Shown in pieces: positions 27,598 through 35,495 of a stretch of 37,325 nucleotides of DNA. Position 1 is the first letter of the stretch, and the number at the start of each line of letters is the position of its first letter. The notes beneath the pieces are model-generated. The model was not told the DNA's origin. It saw only the letters and a list, made by a program, of their open reading frames with translations, and searched no databases. Source of the stretch: an uncultured Lachnospiraceae bacterium (GTDB lineage: Bacteria > Bacillota > Clostridia > Lachnospirales > Lachnospiraceae). A program made the position numbers and the translations under genes. The DNA lies in assembly GCA_902782975.1 (NCBI GenBank), contig CACZPF010000185.1, positions 1 to 37,325 on the forward strand, read 5' to 3'.

Positions 27598-29220
27598 TTA
27601 CAGCATGACAAGCTTATCCAGCCGTCTTTTTTCCCGCTCGACAGCCTCTTCGTTTAAAAGTGCTCTGGATTCCAGCTCCACCTGGATCCGGTTTCCGCCC
27701 TTTTTCTCTTTTGCCTCCACCTGCAGGCGGCCGTCCTCCCGAATGGTAAAACGTATCAGGATGGGGGAATGCTCCGGAAGGTCCTTGTCGATCGACAGTG
27801 TGCAGGTCCCCAGCAGCCATTTTTCATCCGGATCCACATACCTTTCAAATAAGGTGGTCTCGTAAATACGGATATTGACAATCCGCTGATTGCTGTAGGC
27901 CGTGTAGAGTTCCTTCGTCACAGAGACCGGCACCCCGTCCCCTTTCAATATGAAATGATAGATTTTTTCCTCCCCGTCGTCCCCGATCAGGGCGGCCAGC
28001 CCATAGCTGCGGGAGCTGATCCGGTTCAGGACTCTCGGGGTGAACATCTTTCGCACTTCATAGAGTTTATCGGTATTTCTGCTGCCTGGCTTCTGACCAT
28101 TATATTTGATCCAGCCATAGATGGCCGCTCCGTTGGCTACGGCCCGGTCTGCGTCCCCTGATCCCATGCGGCTGTAGGGAAAGAATTCCGCCAGAAGTGT
28201 CCGGATCTGGGGCATACGCGCAGCCCCGCCGACAAGCAGAACTTCGTCCACGCTTCCGATGCCTTTTTCGTACAGATCCGTCATCAGATCTTCCAGAACA
28301 CTTTTCACCCTTTTCAGGAGATGCTGCGTTACATTTTCAAACTCCTCCCTTGTAATGTGGATCTTCTCTTCCCCGGCTTTCGTATGGACATACATGTCTG
28401 CTTCTTTTAAAGACGAGAGATTCCTTTTCAGCTGTTCCACAGAGAGCCAGAATTTCTGCCTGTCCTCCGTGTTGAATTCTTTTCCCTTCAGGTACGTATT
28501 CAGGATATGGCAGCCCAGGGCATAGTCCCAGTCGCTGCCGCCCAGATGCACATCCCCGCGGTTGGCTGCCTCGTTGATGGAATCCTCCGTTATTTCAGCT
28601 GCCATCAGATCCAGTGTTCCGCCGCCCAGGTCGAATACCAGAACGGTCTTCCCCTCCAGATTCAGCAGCCGTTCACAGTCAAACAGAGAGGCGGCCGGTT
28701 CGTCGATAATGTCAACATTCCTTTCCTCAAGGCCGGCAGCCCGCGCGGCTTCCAGCGTCGCCTTGCGGCCTGCATCGTCAAAATCCGCCGGCACTGTGAC
28801 CACGGCATGGGTGACAGGCGCGCCGAGTTCCTCCTCTGCATCCCTCAGAACACTTTTCAGCACCATGGCGGAGAGCATCTGGGGAGAATAACTGGTTCCG
28901 TAAATTTTCTTAAAGTCCCGGGTCCGGCCCATCTGCCGTTTAAACAGCATGGCTGTACGGTCCGGATAGATGTCCGCACTCTCCCTGGCCTCCTTGCCCA
29001 CCACGTAATAATATTCTGTCCCATTTTCTGATTTCTTTTCGTCAAACCGGATGACCGACGGCGTCAGGCAGCTGCCTGTGCTGTTTTCTATACAGGAAGC
29101 TCTGCCCGTGGTCTCATCATACAGGCTGATCAGCGTATTGGTCGTGCCCAGATCGATCCCGACAACGGTCACAGCGCCTTCAGCCTCCGTCCGGTAAATC
29201 GTCTTATCCTTCTTCTCCAT
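27598..29220 (-). CDS. Divergent Hsp70-family protein A (540 aa, no lid)
   Basis: VGIDLGTTN, TPSVI, FKRQMG, VVTVPADF, DLGGGTLD, LGGSDWD, LVGGAARMP, AVANGAA. Confidence 0.92.
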   Translation of the reverse strand: MEKKDKTIYRTEAEGAVTVVGIDLGTTNTLISLYDETTGRASCIENSTGSCLTPSVIRFDEKKSENGTEYYYVVGKEARESADIYPDRTAMLFKRQMGRTRDFKKIYGTSYSPQMLSAMVLKSVLRDAEEELGAPVTHAVVTVPADFDDAGRKATLEAARAAGLEERNVDIIDEPAASLFDCERLLNLEGKTVLVFDLGGGTLDLMAAEITEDSINEAANRGDVHLGGSDWDYALGCHILNTYLKGKEFNTEDRQKFWLSVEQLKRNLSSLKEADMYVHTKAGEEKIHITREEFENVTQHLLKRVKSVLEDLMTDLYEKGIGSVDEVLLVGGAARMPQIRTLLAEFFPYSRMGSGDADRAVANGAAIYGWIKYNGQKPGSRNTDKLYEVRKMFTPRVLNRISSRSYGLAALIGDDGEEKIYHFILKGDGVPVSVTKELYTAYSNQRIVNIRIYETTLFERYVDPDEKWLLGTCTLSIDKDLPEHSPILIRFTIREDGRLQVEAKEKKGGNRIQVELESRALLNEEAVEREKRRLDKLVML

Positions 29221-29749
29221 AAGGCTTCCTTTCGTAACGGCTTACCTTAACATTGATTTTTTTCAGCACTTTATCCATGTACAGGTAACCTTCTGTATAA
29301 ACCTTCCGAATCTTTTCATTTTCCTCTTCCCGGTCCGTCACCTCAGCCTCAATGACCTTATGGCGGACAGGGTCAAATGAATCTCCCGGTTGTGCCGTGA
29401 TGATCTCCACGCCGTTATCCTCCAGGAATGCTTCCATTTCCTGGAGTCGGTAGCCAAGATACTGGATGGCCAGATTTACGGAATCATCTTTTTCTTTGGC
29501 AGTGCTCAGATATTCCATATCCCGCAGCGTGTTATCCCTCATCCGGATCATGCCGTTCAGATACCGTTTTTCCGAATGTGCCTTCAGATCACGGTATTCC
29601 GTGTAGAACAGATCCTGGGTCCCCCTGTATTTCTCCAGGATCCTTCCCGTCTCGTCAGCTGTCTGCTGAATATTTTCCAGCTTATGTTCCACAGGCCGGA
29701 GGGATGCTTTTATGGTCCCTTTCTGTTTTTTAAGCATACGTTTTTTCAT
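29204..29749 (-). CDS. GrpE-like nucleotide exchange factor (divergent)
   Basis: Helical N-half, then L...GVE...GDSFDPVRH......KIRKVYTEGY....VLKKINVKV (GrpE head pattern); ATG 29749 behind AAAGGAG (alternative GTG 29767); overlaps Hsp70-A start by 17 bp. Confidence 0.82.
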   Translation of the reverse strand: MKKRMLKKQKGTIKASLRPVEHKLENIQQTADETGRILEKYRGTQDLFYTEYRDLKAHSEKRYLNGMIRMRDNTLRDMEYLSTAKEKDDSVNLAIQYLGYRLQEMEAFLEDNGVEIITAQPGDSFDPVRHKVIEAEVTDREEENEKIRKVYTEGYLYMDKVLKKINVKVSRYERKPYGEEG

Positions 29750-29763
29750 CGCTGCTGCTCCTT

Positions 29764-31821
29764 TCACATTCCCCGGCCGGATTCTGTCTGATTGTAAAGC
29801 CTGTCAAAATACTGGATCAGTTTTTCTCTTGCATACCGGGTCCGGACCAGATTCAGCCAGCCAAAGACCGGCGTATGCGCATCCTCCCGGTCATATTCCA
29901 GCCGCACGTTGTCGCCGTACCGGAGGATCCTCCCAAAGTCCGCAGGTTCATCGCTCTTGTTGATGTAGGCCCGTTTTAAATGAAGCCCGACCTCATCTCC
30001 CAGAACAAAGGCGAAATCCAGCACCGTGGAAGCCATGGGGATCTCATATGCTTTTTGTTCATTGAAAACGATCATTCTGGTAGCTCCGGATTCCAGGTTC
30101 TTTTCAAGCCATCTTGTCAGAGACCTGACAGCCTCCGGGGTTCTGAGGTATTCAAACCAGCGCACTGTCGCATGAGGAATGTCAGATGCCGGGTCATCCT
30201 TAAAATGGTCCGAAATGATCTCTACCTTGTCTCCCGGTCTCAGCCGCTGGTGGATCTGTATCCTGGAATGACTGTCATTTAAAAAGGCGTATTTTGCGCA
30301 GATCCCGATGTTTGGGTTGAGCAAAAAGGCAAAGTCCAGCACGGAAGCTCCTTCGCGGATCCGTGCCGGGGTATTATCTTTTTTATAGACGGTGATCTTC
30401 CTGCAGCCGATCTCGTCCGTATCCTGCTCCTCTGCAGGTTTCGGCTCACCCTGCAGGATCCTTCCGTGCATAAATTTCAGATGCTCTTCTTCTGACTGAA
30501 TATAGAGACGGTAGATATTATCGTACCGGTCCTTCATCTTATAAAAGACGATGCCGGTTTCGGGATCCTTTTCCAGCTTGAAAATCGTAAACCGGTAGGA
30601 AGACCGGTGAAGCCTCTCATAATACTGGAAGAACACGGTCTCCGGTTTTTCCGGACAGGTTTGTCTTGTGCTGAAATACACATCGAAAACAGGGACATTC
30701 TTTTTCGTCATAAGGCTCCGGACATCCCCGTCCACCAGTTTGTCGTTGATCTCCTTTAAGATATCGTCCGCATATCTTTCCGAAAAATCAAAACCGTAAA
30801 TATACTGGCCAAGAACTGCATCTTCTATCACCATCTGCTTTACGGTATCGATCAGGCCGCCTTTTCTTTCCAGTGTATCATGGTTTTTAAGGCGCATATC
30901 CCGGTAGCCCTCGAGGATCGCATCGTACATGGGCCGGTTTTCGATCTTAAGACAGAGGGAACCGAGGATCTGGGCCAGTCTGCAGGCACCCAGATGCTGC
31001 GCCGCAGGAATGATCACGCTGCGCGTATGCTCTGCCTTGGCCCTTTTCTGATCCTCCGGGAAGGAATCGATGGTCGTAAGATTGTGGATCCGGTCGGCGC
31101 ATTTTATAAATACGCCGTTCCGGTTATGGCCGGAAGCCAGATGGGAAAGGAACTTCTGATCCGAAAGCACATCCATGTCCCTTTTCTGGGTACCTTTGTT
31201 TTTTTCGATATAGTCATTCACTTTTGTGACGGTGTCCACCATCTCCGCCACGGCAGGACCGAATTTCTCTTCCAGTTCTTCTATGGTGACGCCGCAGTCC
31301 TCCACGACATCGTGAAGAAGCGCCGCGGCGATCACGTCGCTGTCGTGCCCTCCTTCCGCGAGGATGCGGGCAACTGCGATCGGATGCGTGATATAGAGTT
31401 CACCTGTCGATCTGCGCTGACCCCCATGCTTTGCAAAGGCAAACGCGAAAGCGCTCTCCAGCAGGCTCGTCTTTGGAGCGCCATGCTTTCTCATCTCTTC
31501 CAGGACATCGTTGAACTGCCGTTCCGCTTCGAGGCGCTCAGCCCGGGTGGGCAGGGTTTCCGGTTTTTTAGAGTCAGGCTTCGGTGGTGCAGGCGTTTCA
31601 GATGCAGATGTTTCAGGTGCAGGCGCTGCAGGCACAGGTGTTTCAGACGCAGACGTTTCAGGCACAGGCGTTTCAGGCACAGGTGTTTCAGACGCAGGTG
31701 TTTCAGGCTCCGTCCGGGGCACTGCCCCGGGCTCTGTCGGAGCCGGATCGTCAAGTATTACAAGGCCTCCGGTAATATTCATATCTTTCATCCTGTAACT
31801 TCCTCCCTTCCGGGATGTCAT
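29764..31821 (-). CDS. Atypical RelA/SpoT homologue: Pro/Glu/Thr-rich leader, HD (p)ppGpp hydrolase, degenerate synthetase, two TGS domains
   Basis: HGGQRRSTGELYITHP, AALLHDVVED, KCADRIHN; TGS1 GASVLDFAF...LRPGDKVEII; TGS2 ASTVLDFAF...LRYGDNV. Start 31821 (ATGA overlap) or 31791 (GGAGG RBS). Confidence 0.85.
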   Translation of the reverse strand: MTSRKGGSYRMKDMNITGGLVILDDPAPTEPGAVPRTEPETPASETPVPETPVPETSASETPVPAAPAPETSASETPAPPKPDSKKPETLPTRAERLEAERQFNDVLEEMRKHGAPKTSLLESAFAFAFAKHGGQRRSTGELYITHPIAVARILAEGGHDSDVIAAALLHDVVEDCGVTIEELEEKFGPAVAEMVDTVTKVNDYIEKNKGTQKRDMDVLSDQKFLSHLASGHNRNGVFIKCADRIHNLTTIDSFPEDQKRAKAEHTRSVIIPAAQHLGACRLAQILGSLCLKIENRPMYDAILEGYRDMRLKNHDTLERKGGLIDTVKQMVIEDAVLGQYIYGFDFSERYADDILKEINDKLVDGDVRSLMTKKNVPVFDVYFSTRQTCPEKPETVFFQYYERLHRSSYRFTIFKLEKDPETGIVFYKMKDRYDNIYRLYIQSEEEHLKFMHGRILQGEPKPAEEQDTDEIGCRKITVYKKDNTPARIREGASVLDFAFLLNPNIGICAKYAFLNDSHSRIQIHQRLRPGDKVEIISDHFKDDPASDIPHATVRWFEYLRTPEAVRSLTRWLEKNLESGATRMIVFNEQKAYEIPMASTVLDFAFVLGDEVGLHLKRAYINKSDEPADFGRILRYGDNVRLEYDREDAHTPVFGWLNLVRTRYAREKLIQYFDRLYNQTESGRGM
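31586..31705. repeat. 15-bp coding minisatellite, 8 copies (ETPAS/ETPVP pentapeptides)
   Basis: Units such as ggcacaggtgtttca and gacgcaggtgtttca at an exact 15-bp period. Confidence 0.9.
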
Positions 31822-32918
31822 CCCATACGAACTCTTTTAAGGTAATGATAAAAATCGTCATCATCTCTGTCGGATACAATGACCGAACGAAACAGGTTTT
31901 TTTCCACCATCGAATTGACGATCTCGTCAATATGGAGACGCAGAAGCTGTTTTTTATCTGCCTCACCGATCTCATCCCCTGTATCTTTCTGATACAGTTT
32001 AATGACCATATCAGCCACATCCTCGGTGCCTTCGTAAGTCTTAAAATTGGGATAATGCATTAAAAGGTGCATCCCGATCTCTTCACTGGCCACATTCAGG
32101 CTGGAAAGAGAGAGGGCCACATACTGTACGCAGGGTGAAGACATCCTGCCCTTGGAGACAGATACCATACTGCCAAGACCACCGATATACTGACTGGAAT
32201 TGCTCTGGGGATAATGAAAGATCATCTGAACCTTGTCCCAGGTTCCTTTGTAGCGAAGGGAAATGAAGATATTTTTTTCTGAGTTTTCCAGGTCGCCGTA
32301 GTAGATCTGGCGGCCCATGCGGGAGGTAAGATAATTCCAGGTATTGTCCTCGCCGGACTGCATCTTTACTTCTTTATAAAGAGCATCCGCCTCATCCTTT
32401 TTCATGTTGAAGATCGCGGCGCAGCGGATATGGCTGCGGTTTCTCAGGTCGGAACAACAAAGAAGAAGCCCGCTCTTCAGCGCATCCGCCGTATCCTTGT
32501 ATTCTCTGCCTTTAAAGGATGAAGTATCATAATAATAGATCTGATAAAGGCCTTTGAGGTTAAGCCTTCTCGCCTCCGGGAGGTCGTCCTGATTCTCCTT
32601 CAGGCTGCTGACAGCCATAAGATCCGTAAAAAGAAGTTCGTCGATCGTATAATCAAAAAGCTTGCTGAGTTTGTATAACAGGGGGAAAAGACTGGGATTG
32701 TTGTCGGATACTTTAAGTCTGGTCAGCATGGAAGACGCACATCCGATATATCTGGCCAGTTCGATCTGATTTATCTGAAAGGCTGTTTTGATGTATTCAA
32801 CGTTTGCGGCAAGAGTCCGGTTGATGGCCTCCTGCATCTCCATACTGGAAGCTGTCAACTTTTCGGCTCTGTTCTCTAACTCTTTGTGTATGTTACCGAT
32901 ATCTTTTTTTATCGCCAT
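31818..32918 (-). CDS. XRE/Cro-like HTH protein with a large uncharacterised C-terminal domain
   Basis: INQIELARYIGCASSMLTRL.....P....LYKLSKLFDYTIDELL is a typical XRE HTH; AAGGAGGAGG RBS; first gene of the cluster. Confidence 0.75.
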   Translation of the reverse strand: MAIKKDIGNIHKELENRAEKLTASSMEMQEAINRTLAANVEYIKTAFQINQIELARYIGCASSMLTRLKVSDNNPSLFPLLYKLSKLFDYTIDELLFTDLMAVSSLKENQDDLPEARRLNLKGLYQIYYYDTSSFKGREYKDTADALKSGLLLCCSDLRNRSHIRCAAIFNMKKDEADALYKEVKMQSGEDNTWNYLTSRMGRQIYYGDLENSEKNIFISLRYKGTWDKVQMIFHYPQSNSSQYIGGLGSMVSVSKGRMSSPCVQYVALSLSSLNVASEEIGMHLLMHYPNFKTYEGTEDVADMVIKLYQKDTGDEIGEADKKQLLRLHIDEIVNSMVEKNLFRSVIVSDRDDDDFYHYLKRVRMG

Positions 32919-32963
32919 AAAAAAGCCTCCTCCTTACATAATATCCGTTCATGTGATGATATT

Positions 32964-32992
32964 ATTATAAGGGGGAGGCCCTCATTCGTCAA
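32964..32992 (-). promoter_or_regulatory. sigmaA-type promoter of the 12-gene cluster
   Basis: TTGACG (32992-32987), 17-nt spacer, TATAAT (32969-32964); AT-rich upstream. Confidence 0.85.
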
Positions 32993-33084
32993 GGACAAGT
33001 TAAAAAATTTTTTCCAAATTAAGAAGCCGTTTCATATTTCAAATATCGAAAAATTTTTCATCAACGCATCTCAATACCATATTT

Positions 33085-35478
33085 TTATTTCAGATTTCCA
33101 AGAATCTTCTTTACAAAGCTGTTGATGTCCTCCGGCGACAATGCTTTTCTGCGGTCCAGGAAAGTAATACGGAAGGCCATATTCTTTTTGCCGATGCCGA
33201 TCCGGACGGGATCACGGTAAATATCGAAAAGTCTGACATCCGTGACTGCAGGAGAGGCGTGGCGGATCTCTTTTTCGATCTGACCGCAGGTGATCTGCTC
33301 ATCTGCCACCAGCGCGAGGTCACGGGTGACCTCCGGGAACTCCGGAAGATTTTCAAATTTGAAATCTTTTTTCACAAACTGCATTAATTTATCATAATCC
33401 AGCTCGCCCAGATAGATTTTCAGATTATCTTTGCTGTCCTTCGGAAGGTCCAGCTCAGCGGTTACATCATTGGCCAGTTTTCCGATGGTTCCGATCTTCT
33501 CTCCGTTCACCATCACATAGGCGGCGATTCCCGGATGAAGGTAAGGAACATCCTGGCATCTCTCATAATCAAAGTGAATATCCAGAGATTCGGCGATCAG
33601 TTCGGCCGTTCCTTTGAAGGTGAAGAAATCCTCTTCATTTCCAAAGGCGGCAAATCCAAGATGACGGATCTCCGTCAGGCTTTCGGTAACCGGAACCTGC
33701 TTCGGGAAATACACGTTGGCCATCTCAAAGATCCGGCCTGCCTGGGTTCCCATCTTAAGATTGTCCACCACCACATTCAGGAGGCAGGGCGCCAGCGTGG
33801 TGCGCATGATGGTCAGCTTCTCCGTGATCGGATTCTGGATCCGGGCCACGTTTCGTTCCGGCGCATCCTCTTTGATATGCAGACGGTTCAGCTCCTCATC
33901 GGAGTACATGGCAAGATTGGATACCTCGAAATATCCGTCGCCTACCATGATCTGCTTCATGCGGGCTCTTCTCTTCTGGTCCGGCTTCAGCCCGCCGCTG
34001 GTGACCATAGCACTGTCCAGGAAGGTGGGAACAAGGTTGTCATAGCCGTATTCGCGGATCACTTCTTCTGCAAGATCCGGTTCGCCGATCTCGATATCCT
34101 CGCGGTAGCGGGGAGCGGTTACCTCAAGGGTGTCTCCATCCTTTCTGACTTCAAACCCCAGACTTCCGAGGATATCCATAACCGCATCCTCCGGAACTTC
34201 AATGCCCAGGATTTTGTTGATACCGGAAAGCGTTGCTGTAAAATGCTTTCCTTCCTTGGATTCACCCGCATCACAGTCGAAGGAAGTGGATGTGATCTCG
34301 CCGCAGCCCAGTTCTTCGATCAGATGCAGGGCTCTCTTCATGCCGAGTTCTACGGTATACTCCGAAATACCTTTTTCAAAATGGCTGGAGGAATCTGTAT
34401 TCTGGCCAAGGCTTCTGGCTGTTTTACGTACGCTGTCGCGGACAAACTTCGCGGCTTCAAAAAGAAGCTGTGTGGTGCTGCCGGTGATCTCGCTGTTCAG
34501 ACCGCCCATGATGCCGGCCAGAGCCACAGGACGATTGCCGTCACAGATCACCAGGTTGTTCGGATTCAGGGTGAATTCCTTTTCATCCAGTGTCTGGATC
34601 TTTTCACCTTCAGCTGCCCGACGGACGATGATCTGCTTCTCCTGAAGTGTATCCATATCAAAGGCATGCATCGGCTGGCCGATCTCCAGCATCACGTAGT
34701 TGGTAATATCCACCACATTGCTGATGGAACGCAGGCCGCACAGAGCCAGGTGTTTCTTCATCCAGCGGGGTGATTCGCCCGGCGTGATATTGCGCACATA
34801 ATGGCCAAGATACCTCGGGCAGAGATCCGGAGCGTCCACACGGATACCGAAATCCTCCAGCTTATACCCGCTTTCTTTATAATCGGTGGCCGGCATCTTC
34901 AGCGGCTTTTTCAGAATGGCGGCCACTTCTCTTGCAATGCCGAGTACCGACTGGCAGTCCGGACGGTTGGCCGTAACAGAAATATCAAAGATATAGTCAT
35001 TGATCCCTACCACTTCTCCGATGTCCGTGCCCGGGACCGTATCCTCCGGCAGGATCAGGATGCCGTACACATCTGCGCCGGGATAGATATCGTCATTGAT
35101 CTTGAGTTCTTCACCGGAACAGAGCATACCATAGGACTCGATGCCCTGCAGGGCTTTTTTCTTAATCTTAAATCCACCGGGAAGAACAGAATTATCCAGA
35201 GCTACCGGCACATGGGCGCCCACAAAAATGTTATCCGCGCCGGTACTGATCTGGATGTCTTTTCCATATTCCCCGCAGTCCAGCTTGCAGATGGTAAGGT
35301 GGGTACCTTCCTGCTTCACAGCTTCCGTCACAATACCAACGACAACACGGTCCATCCCGTCTCTGAGGTCGATCAGTTCTTCTACTTCAAAACCACAGGA
35401 GAACAGCTTTTTTTCCAGCTCCTGGGCAGTCATGTCTATATCTACATATTCCTTTAACCAGCTGAATGGTACTTTCAT
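33085..35478 (-). CDS. pheT: Phenylalanine--tRNA ligase beta subunit; in-frame TAA at 33085-33087, natural end probably 33061
   Basis: MKVPFSWLKEYV, S.GMLCS, ANRPD..S..GIARE, SNVVDITNYVMLEIGQPMHAFD, RDLAL; follows pheS. Confidence 0.97.
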   Translation of the reverse strand: MKVPFSWLKEYVDIDMTAQELEKKLFSCGFEVEELIDLRDGMDRVVVGIVTEAVKQEGTHLTICKLDCGEYGKDIQISTGADNIFVGAHVPVALDNSVLPGGFKIKKKALQGIESYGMLCSGEELKINDDIYPGADVYGILILPEDTVPGTDIGEVVGINDYIFDISVTANRPDCQSVLGIAREVAAILKKPLKMPATDYKESGYKLEDFGIRVDAPDLCPRYLGHYVRNITPGESPRWMKKHLALCGLRSISNVVDITNYVMLEIGQPMHAFDMDTLQEKQIIVRRAAEGEKIQTLDEKEFTLNPNNLVICDGNRPVALAGIMGGLNSEITGSTTQLLFEAAKFVRDSVRKTARSLGQNTDSSSHFEKGISEYTVELGMKRALHLIEELGCGEITSTSFDCDAGESKEGKHFTATLSGINKILGIEVPEDAVMDILGSLGFEVRKDGDTLEVTAPRYREDIEIGEPDLAEEVIREYGYDNLVPTFLDSAMVTSGGLKPDQKRRARMKQIMVGDGYFEVSNLAMYSDEELNRLHIKEDAPERNVARIQNPITEKLTIMRTTLAPCLLNVVVDNLKMGTQAGRIFEMANVYFPKQVPVTESLTEIRHLGFAAFGNEEDFFTFKGTAELIAESLDIHFDYERCQDVPYLHPGIAAYVMVNGEKIGTIGKLANDVTAELDLPKDSKDNLKIYLGELDYDKLMQFVKKDFKFENLPEFPEVTRDLALVADEQITCGQIEKEIRHASPAVTDVRLFDIYRDPVRIGIGKKNMAFRITFLDRRKALSPEDINSFVKKILGNLK

Positions 35479-35495
35479 TTTGCTCTCCTCCTCTC

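Noticed and set aside
24178-29749. Canonical hrcA-grpE-dnaK-dnaJ heat-shock operon
   Set aside because: No hrcA, dnaJ or CIRCE; the proteins lack the DnaK linker and lid, so the symbols dnaK and grpE were withheld.
15200-33060. Calling the cluster an ICE, prophage or transposon
   Set aside because: No integrase, relaxase, T4SS, transposase or phage structural gene; no flanking direct repeat seen by eye; the pheT tail is not duplicated. Accessory status remains an inference.
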